DNA of 64,000 nucleotides from a virus (Duplodnaviria; Heunggongvirae; Uroviricota; Caudoviricetes): IMG/VR virus record IMGVR_UViG_637000265_000001; one strand, 5' to 3'. Shown piece by piece: positions 57,862 to 64,000 of this stretch (position 1 is its first letter; each line of letters starts with the position of its first letter). The notes under the pieces were generated by a model. It saw only the letters and a program-made list of their open reading frames with translations, ran no database searches and was not told where the DNA came from. The position numbers and the translations under genes were made by a program.

Positions 57862-58151
57862 TGGCTAATCTACGCAAAGAAGCACGCGGCAGAGAATGCC
57901 AGGTACGTATTTACGGCGTATGCAATGGTAATCCTGAAACTACAGTTCTGGCACATTACCGGATGGCTGGAATTTGCGGAACGGGAATGAAGCCTGACGA
58001 CATGATCGGCGCATGGGCTTGTAGCGCGTGTCACGATGAAATCGACCGACGCACCCATAATATCGACAACAAAGACGCCAGACTTTACCACCTCGAAGGC
58101 GTAATCAGGACGCAGGCGGTATTGCTGAAGGAGGGGAAGGTTAAGTCATGA
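57861..58151 (+). CDS. Small Cys-rich nin-region protein (putative Zn-binding)
   Basis: 96 aa with CxxC...CxxC. Confidence 0.45.
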   Translation: MANLRKEARGRECQVRIYGVCNGNPETTVLAHYRMAGICGTGMKPDDMIGAWACSACHDEIDRRTHNIDNKDARLYHLEGVIRTQAVLLKEGKVKS

Positions 58152-58510
58152 ATGAATATCGGTTTGTGCTTCCATACCCGCCGTCGGTGAATACCTACTG
58201 GCGAAGACGGGGAAGCCAATATTACATCAGCGATAAAGGTCAGAAATACCGAAAAGACGTTCAGCAAATCATCCGCCAACTTAAGTTAGACATTTTCACC
58301 AAATCACGACTCCGCATCAAAGTCATCGCAGACGTTCCAGACTCCCGCCGCCGCGACCTCGATAACATCCTGAAAGGTTTACTCGACTCCCTTATCCACG
58401 CCGGATTTGCGGAAGACGACGAGCAATTCGATGACATTCGCGTAATTCGTGGTGTGAAAGTACCAGGCGGACGGCTTGGAATAAAAATCACCGAACTGGA
58501 GAACGTATGA
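58148..58510 (+). CDS. rusA: RusA Holliday junction resolvase
   Basis: 120 aa; acidic catalytic residues; position before ninH/Q. Confidence 0.85.
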   Translation: MNEYRFVLPYPPSVNTYWRRRGSQYYISDKGQKYRKDVQQIIRQLKLDIFTKSRLRIKVIADVPDSRRRDLDNILKGLLDSLIHAGFAEDDEQFDDIRVIRGVKVPGGRLGIKITELENV

Positions 58511-58695
58511 ACGCCACAATTCAAACGATACCAGAGCTTCTTATCCAGACACGAGGCAATCAGACCGAAGTGGCGAGGATGCTTTCCTGTGCAAGAGGAA
58601 CAGTGCTCAAGTACAACCGAGACAGCAAAGGTGAGCGTCACGTAATAGTTAACGGCGTCCTGATGGTCAAACAGGGCAAGAGGGGTAGACCATGA
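58507..58695 (+). CDS. ninH: NinH-like protein
   Basis: ...YGNQTEVARMLSCARGTVLKYNRDSKGERHVIVNGVLMV. Confidence 0.7.
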   Translation: MNATIQTIPELLIQTRGNQTEVARMLSCARGTVLKYNRDSKGERHVIVNGVLMVKQGKRGRP

Positions 58696-59315
58696 GACTC
58701 GAAAGTGTAGCTAAATTTCATTCGCCAAAAAGCCCGATGATGAGCGACTCACCACGGGCTACGGCTTCTGACTCTCTTTCCGGTACTGATGTGATGGCTG
58801 CTATGGGGATGGCGCAATCACAAGCCGGATTCGGAATGGCTGCATTCTGTGGTAAGCACGAACTCAGCCAGAACGACAAACAAAAGGCTATCAACTATCT
58901 GATGCAATTTGCACACAAGGTATCGGGGAAATACCGTGGTGTGGCAAAGCTCGAAGGAAATACTAAGGCAAAGGTACTGCAAGTGCTCGCAACATTCGCT
59001 TATGCGGATTATTGCCGTAGTGCCGCGACGCCTGGCGCAAGATGCAGAGATTGTCACGGTACAGGCCGTGCGGTTGATATAGCAAAAACAGAGCAGTGGG
59101 GGAGAGTTGTTGAGAAAGAATGCGGAAGATGCAAAGGTGTCGGCTATTCAAGGATGCCAGCAAGCGCCGCATATCGCGCTGTGACGATGCTAATCCCAAA
59201 TCTTACCCAACCCACCTGGTCACGCACTGTTAAGCCGCTGTATGACGCTCTGGTGGTGCAATGCCACAAAGAAGAGTCAATCGCAGACAACATTTTGAAT
59301 GCGGTCACACGTTAG
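58692..59315 (+). CDS. Q: Late antiterminator Q (lambda type)
   Basis: 207 aa MRLESVAKFHSPKSPMMSDSPRATASDSLSGTDVMAAMGMAQSQAGFG... Confidence 0.95.
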   Translation: MRLESVAKFHSPKSPMMSDSPRATASDSLSGTDVMAAMGMAQSQAGFGMAAFCGKHELSQNDKQKAINYLMQFAHKVSGKYRGVAKLEGNTKAKVLQVLATFAYADYCRSAATPGARCRDCHGTGRAVDIAKTEQWGRVVEKECGRCKGVGYSRMPASAAYRAVTMLIPNLTQPTWSRTVKPLYDALVVQCHKEESIADNILNAVTR

Positions 59316-59347
59316 CAGCATGATTGCCACGGATGGCAACATATTAA

Positions 59348-59376
59348 CGGCATGATATTGACTTTTTGAATAAAGT
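59348..59376 (+). promoter_or_regulatory. Late promoter pR' with qut region
   Basis: TTGACT -35 and TAAATT -10 just downstream of Q, as in lambda. Confidence 0.7.
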
Positions 59377-59546
59377 TGGGTAAATTTGACCCAACGATGG
59401 GTTAATTCGCTCGTTGTGGTAGTGAGATGAAAAGAGGCGGCGCTTACTACCGATTCCGCCTAGTTGGTCACTTCGACGTATCGTCTGGAACTCCAACCAT
59501 CGCAGGCTGAGAGGTCTGCAAAATGCAATCCCGAAACAGTTCGCAG

Positions 59547-59602
59547 GTAATAGTTAGAGCCTGCATAACGGTTTCGGGATTTTTTATATCTGTGTAACAG
59601 GT
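59547..59602 (+). terminator. tR' terminator (end of 6S transcript)
   Basis: Long hairpin CCCGAAAC...GTTTCGGG followed by ATTTTTTAT. Confidence 0.75.
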
Positions 59603-59983
59603 AAGAGCATTCTCCCTTATGGGGCTTGGCTTAAATGCACCGAGTGCTCTTTCCGTTGTGCTGAATTAAGCGAATACCGGAAGCAGAACCGGATCAACAA
59701 ATGCGTACAGGCGTCATCGCCGCCCAGCAACAGCACAACCCAAACTGAGCCGTAGCCACTGGCTATCCTGAATTCATCAGTAATAGTTACGCTGCGGCCT
59801 TCTACACATGACCTTCGTGAAAGCGGGTGGCAAGAGGTTGCGCTAACAACCTCCTGCCGTTTTGCCCGTGCATATCGGTCACGAACAAATCTGATTACTA
59901 AACACAGTAGCCTGGATTTGTTCTATCAGTAATCGACCTTATTCCTAATTAAATAGAGCAAATCCCCTTATTGGGGGTAAGAC

Positions 59984-60307
59984 ATGAAGATGCCAGAAAA
60001 ACATGACCTGTTAGCCGCCATTCTCGCGGCAAAGGAACAAGGCATCGGGGCAATCCTTGCGTTTGCAATGGCGTACCTTCGCGGCAGATATAATGGCGGT
60101 GCGTTTACAAAAACAGTAATCGACGCAACGATGTGCGCCATTATCGCCTGGTTCATTCGTGACCTTCTCGACTTCGCCGGACTAAGTAGCAATCTCGCTT
60201 ATATAACGAGCGTGTTCATCGGCTACATCGGTACTGACTCGATTGGTTCGCTTATCAAACGCTTCGCTGCTAAAAAAGCCGGAGTAGAAGATGGTGGAAA
60301 TCAATAA
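59984..60307 (+). CDS. S: Holin S (lambda type, dual start MKM)
   Basis: 107 aa [34 protein letters not shown]... Confidence 0.95.
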   Translation: MKMPEKHDLLAAILAAKEQGIGAILAFAMAYLRGRYNGGAFTKTVIDATMCAIIAWFIRDLLDFAGLSSNLAYITSVFIGYIGTDSIGSLIKRFAAKKAGVEDGGNQ

Positions 60308-60768
60308 TCAACGTAAGGCGTTCCTCGATATGCTGGCGTGGTCAGAGGGAACTGATAACGGACGTCAGAAAACCAGAAATCATGGTTATGACGTCATTGT
60401 TGGCGGAGAGCTATTTACCGATTACTCCGATCACCCTCGCAAACTTGTCACGCTAAACCCAAAACTCAAATCAACAGCAGCAGGACGTTACCAGCTTCTT
60501 TCCCGTTGGTGGGATGCCTATCGTAAGCAGCTTGGCCTGAAAGACTTCTCTCCCAAAAGCCAAGACGCTGTTGCGCTGCAGCAGATTAAGGAACGTGGCG
60601 CTTTGGCCGATGATTGATCGCGGTGATATCCGTCAGGCAATCGACCGTTGCAGCAATATCTGGGCTTCACTGCCGGGTGCTGGTTATGGTCAGTTCGAGC
60701 ATAAGGCTGACAGCCTGATTGCAAAATTCAAAGAAGCAGGCGGAACGGTCAGAGAGATTGAGGTATGA
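60291..60768 (+). pseudogene. R: Endolysin R (lambda transglycosylase), frameshifted
   Basis: R sequence split over two frames (60291-60617 and 60571-60768); apparent 1-nt insertion near 60600. Confidence 0.75.
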
Positions 60769-61202
60769 GCAGAGTAACCGCGATTATCTCCGCTCTGGTT
60801 ATCTGCATCATCGTCTGTCTGTCATGGGCGGTTAATCATTACCGTGATAACGCCATGACCTACAAAGAGCAGCGCGATAAGGCCGCATCCACAATCGCTG
60901 ACATGCAGAAGCGTCAACGTGATGTAGCAGAACTTGACGCCAGATACACAAAGGAGCTTGCTGATGCTAACGCGACTATCGAAAGTCTCCGTGATGATGT
61001 TTCTGCTGGGCGTAAGCGGCTGCAAGTCGCCGCCTCATGTGCAAAGTCAAAGACCGGAGCCAGCGGCATGGGCGATGGAGAAAGCCCAGGACTTACAGCA
61101 GATGCTGAACTCAATTATTACCGTCTCCGAAGTGGAATCGACAAGATAACCGCGCAGGTTAACTACCTGCAGGAATACATCAGGACGCAATGCCTGAAAT
61201 AA
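60765..61202 (+). CDS. Rz: Rz i-spanin
   Basis: [29 protein letters not shown]...; C-terminal half diverged from lambda. Confidence 0.85.
   Translation: MSRVTAIISALVICIIVCLSWAVNHYRDNAMTYKEQRDKAASTIADMQKRQRDVAELDARYTKELADANATIESLRDDVSAGRKRLQVAASCAKSKTGASGMGDGESPGLTADAELNYYRLRSGIDKITAQVNYLQEYIRTQCLK
60994..61149 (+). CDS. Rz1: Rz1 o-spanin lipoprotein embedded in Rz
   Basis: [26 protein letters not shown] with lipobox. Confidence 0.65.
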   Translation: MMFLLGVSGCKSPPHVQSQRPEPAAWAMEKAQDLQQMLNSIITVSEVESTR

Positions 61203-61403
61203 TTTTTTTGCAAATCACAAAGTCCATTTAATGAGCCTCACGATGCGGGGCTTTTTGCAATAAATGCGTACCGCAACGCATGTTTTTTACACCGAACCTG
61301 CCCCTTTGGAATGGGCCTTTGAGGATACCAGTTAGTGCTGGCGAGCCTCGGTGGGCTGGTTTTCTGTGCGGCAAAGGTTCATTTCAAATGGTAGGTAAAC
61401 GTT

Positions 61404-61925
61404 ATGAATATCGTGCCACTTAATTACAAAGGTGAAATTGTCAGTTTCAACACTGATGGTTGGATCAACGTCACAGGTGTTGCTGAGAGATTTGGGAAAC
61501 GCATTGATAACTGGATGAGTTTGGCAGAAACGCTTGAATACGTTCGTGCTTTAGACGAAGCGTTGACCGGGAAAGAATCTCAAATTTTACATCCCTCACA
61601 ATCGAGGTATGTAAAAACCAGCAAGGCACGAAAGGACAGGGGTGGTGGTACGTGGCTACATCCAAAACTTTCAGTTGCATTTGCCCGTTGGTGTGATGCT
61701 CGTTTTGCTGTGTGGTGCGACCTGCACATTGATAGTCTGCTTCGCGGTGAACTGACTGAGCAGCAGAAATATGAGCAAGCATGTCGCATTCGCGATGACC
61801 GGAAATCAAAAGCCAGCAATGGGGCAAGAGAGATGGCTCGCTGGCGATGGGATAAGCCGGTTATTGAAGCAAATGTCGAGTACTGGCGCGAGCAACTGCA
61901 GTTGACTCTCGATATCGCTTGCTGA
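61404..61925 (+). CDS. KilA-N-like DNA-binding domain protein downstream of Rz
   Basis: 173 aa; N-terminal KilA-N-like region; function unknown. Confidence 0.45.
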   Translation: MNIVPLNYKGEIVSFNTDGWINVTGVAERFGKRIDNWMSLAETLEYVRALDEALTGKESQILHPSQSRYVKTSKARKDRGGGTWLHPKLSVAFARWCDARFAVWCDLHIDSLLRGELTEQQKYEQACRIRDDRKSKASNGAREMARWRWDKPVIEANVEYWREQLQLTLDIAC

Positions 61926-62343
61926 TGGCAAACGCAAAACTGCGTTATCGGAAAAATCAAAGCATTACGAGAACTGAGCAACAGCTATCCATTACAAAGC
62001 CCATCAATGGGTGAGCTTGATAATGAAACCGGAATTTATTCTGGGCAACCAGTTACGGCAGTACCGCGAAACAACCCAAGCCAGTAAGTGGGGAAATAAC
62101 ACTGGCAGCCACTGAAAGATGAACCTCCTGCCTTATGGCAAAAAAGATTCTTTGTGGTGGCGGACTGATGGAAAGACATCCTAATTTCAGCCAAACATTG
62201 AAGAAGTTGTTATGTCAGCAGAAGGTTTCAATAACCCATCAAAATTCCGGGATGAGTGGGATAGCAGCGTAAAGAGTAAGTGATGCCATCACAAAAGCCA
62301 TTCCCTACAGAGTGGCTTTGATAATGGCTTATACCCTACACGG

Positions 62344-62370
62344 GATATCTTAACTGATATCCCTTTTAAC
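62344..62370 (+). terminator. Hairpin terminator upstream of IS600
   Basis: GGGATATC-ttaact-GATATCCC followed by TTTT. Confidence 0.5.
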
Positions 62371-62441
62371 GGATAAATGAGGTAGCCTGAGTTTAACGGA
62401 CACTCCTTCCTGAAATAGAATGGCATCAGAAGGAGCTAATA

Positions 62442-62744
62442 ATGAGCAGAAAAACCCAACGTTACTCTAAAGAGTTCAAAGCCGAAGCTGTCAGAACGGT
62501 TCTTGAAAATCAACTTTCGATCAGTGAAGGCGCTTCCCGATTATCTCTTCCTGAAGGCACTTTAGGACAATGGGTTACCGCCGCCAGAAAAGGGCTCGGT
62601 ACTCCTGGTTCCCGCACGGTGGCTGAACTGGAATCTGAAATTCTGCAACTGCGTAAGGCGTTAAATGAAGCTCGCCTTGAGCGCGATATATTAAAAAAAG
62701 CAACAGCGTATTTTGCACAGGAGTCGCTGAAAAATACGCGTTAA
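62442..62744 (+). CDS. IS600 OrfA
   Basis: Identical translation to 21394-21696. Confidence 0.9.
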   Translation: MSRKTQRYSKEFKAEAVRTVLENQLSISEGASRLSLPEGTLGQWVTAARKGLGTPGSRTVAELESEILQLRKALNEARLERDILKKATAYFAQESLKNTR

Positions 62745-62779
62745 TCGAACAATGGCGACAACAATTTCCCATTGAAGCG

Positions 62780-63598
62780 ATGTGTCAGGTATTTGGTGTA
62801 TCCAGGAGCGGTTATTACAACTGGGTACAGCATGAACCCTCAGACAGAAAACAAAGTGATGAGCGGCTAAAACTGGAGATTAAGGTGGCACATATCCGCA
62901 CTCGCGAAACATATGGAACCCGGCGGCTCCAGACGGAGCTGGCAGAGAATGGCATCATCGTTGGTCGTGACCGACTGGCATGTCTTCGTAAGGAGCTGAG
63001 GCTACGCTGTAAGCAGAAACGCAAGTTCAGAGCGACTACGAACCCGAACCACAATCTGCCAGTTGCGCCAAATCTGCTGAACCAGACGTTCGCTCCTACA
63101 GCACCAAATCAGGTCTGGGTGGCGGACCTGACGTATGTTGCCACACAGGAGGGATGGTTGTACCTCGCTGGCATCAAAGATGTTTATACGTGTGAAATTG
63201 TCGGCTACGCCATGGGAGAGCGCATGACAAAAGAGCTGACAGGTAAAGCCCTGTTTATGGCGCTCAGGAGCCAGCGCCCACCTGCCGGGCTAATCCACCA
63301 CTCTGATCGAGGTTCACAGTACTGCGCATACGATTACCGGGTCATACAGGAGCAGTCTGGTCTGAAAACATCAATGTCGCGTAAAGGTAACTGTTACGAC
63401 AACGCTCCGATGGAAAGCTTCTGGGGAACGCTGAAAAATGAGAGCCTGAGCCACTATCGTTTTAATAACCGGGATGAAGCCATCTCAGTAATACGGGAAT
63501 ACATTGAGATTTTCTACAATCGTCAGCGTCGTCACTCTCGTCTGGGGAATATCTCCCCGGCAGCCTTCAGGGAAAAATATCATCAGATGGCTGCTTAA
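62780..63598 (+). CDS. IS600 OrfB transposase
   Basis: 272 aa with integrase catalytic core. Confidence 0.9.
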   Translation: MCQVFGVSRSGYYNWVQHEPSDRKQSDERLKLEIKVAHIRTRETYGTRRLQTELAENGIIVGRDRLACLRKELRLRCKQKRKFRATTNPNHNLPVAPNLLNQTFAPTAPNQVWVADLTYVATQEGWLYLAGIKDVYTCEIVGYAMGERMTKELTGKALFMALRSQRPPAGLIHHSDRGSQYCAYDYRVIQEQSGLKTSMSRKGNCYDNAPMESFWGTLKNESLSHYRFNNRDEAISVIREYIEIFYNRQRRHSRLGNISPAAFREKYHQMAA

Positions 63599-63641
63599 AA
63601 AAAGAACAAATGGTAGTGTCCGCTATTGCCAGTACACCTCA

Positions 63642-64000
63642 GGGTGTTTGTCCACACCAAACCTGCCTACCGAAGCGACGGAACAAAAACAGCAGCGGTA
63701 AGGAAGATGAGAACCGACAGCAACAAGGCATGGAAGGGAGCGTTAAAGCGGGCAGGCATTAGCAACTTCCGCTTCCATGACCTGAGGCATACCTGGGCAA
63801 GCTGGCTGGTTCAGTCCGGTGTCTCTCTTCTTGCGCTTAAAGAGATGGGAGGATGGGAAACTCTCGAAATGGTTCAAAGATACGCCCACCTTTCAGCCGG
63901 GCATCTCACCGAGCACGCGAGCAAAATCGATGCGATTATAAGTCGCAATGGCACAAATACGGCACAAGAGGAGAACGTAGTTTACTTAAATGCGAGGTAA
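63642..64000 (+). pseudogene. int: Integrase 3' fragment (second P22-type int copy) truncated by IS600
   Basis: Last about 118 codons near-identical to int at 40786-41946 (a handful of substitutions); stop at window end. Confidence 0.85.

Larger units (their letters stand above)
62378..63641 (+). mobile_element. IS600 (IS3 family), complete 1264 bp, no target-site duplication
   Basis: Ends TGAGGTAGCCTGAG...CAGTACACCTCA; intact orfA and orfB; flanks AAA vs GGG. Confidence 0.9.

Noticed and set aside
61926..62377. Possible small terminase or bor-like gene between the KilA-N-like gene and IS600
   Set aside because: Only short ORFs (53 aa or less) with no recognisable signal peptide, lipobox or terminase features; left unannotated.

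Overview
This 64 kb window reads as an enterobacterial (most likely Shigella flexneri-type) chromosomal prophage hotspot: a mosaic of three prophage segments stitched together and eroded by seven insertion-sequence copies. All calls come from reading the six-frame translations and the DNA by eye; no database search was run, and coordinates of non-ORF features may be off by 1-2 bp. (1) 1-5614, minus strand: a lambdoid late region with a phage-21-type lysis cassette (S21-like pinholin, SAR endolysin, Rz/Rz1), an extra 195-aa ORF between holin and endolysin, and upstream a four-gene block I cannot assign to any family, cut by IS911. (2) 6865-19523, plus strand: a P22/Sf6-like podovirus morphogenesis module (terminase fragment, portal, scaffold, coat, gp4, gp10, knobbed tail needle, ejection proteins), cut by IS911 at one end and IS600 at the other, with no tailspike. 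(3) 21761-62377: an SfV-like serotype-converting prophage in phage gene order, with HK97-type head genes, Mu-type contractile tail genes, gtr O-antigen glucosylation cluster, an attP-type tRNA-Thr core, P22-type int/xis, early-left genes including RecT, lambda-type sieB/N, a phage-434-type cI/cro immunity region, P22-type replication genes, nin region, lambda-type Q, S, a frameshifted R, and Rz/Rz1. IS elements: IS911 (frameshifted orfB), a nested IS600/IS629/inverted-IS600 scar, IS1 (inside a cIII-like gene), IS4 (between nutR and cII), and a complete IS600 that truncates a second int copy at the right edge. No rRNA, intact tRNA or CRISPR array was found. The candidates most worth follow-up are the unassigned block at 3303-5614, the ORF between holin and endolysin, and a secreted protein in the rexAB slot next to cI.
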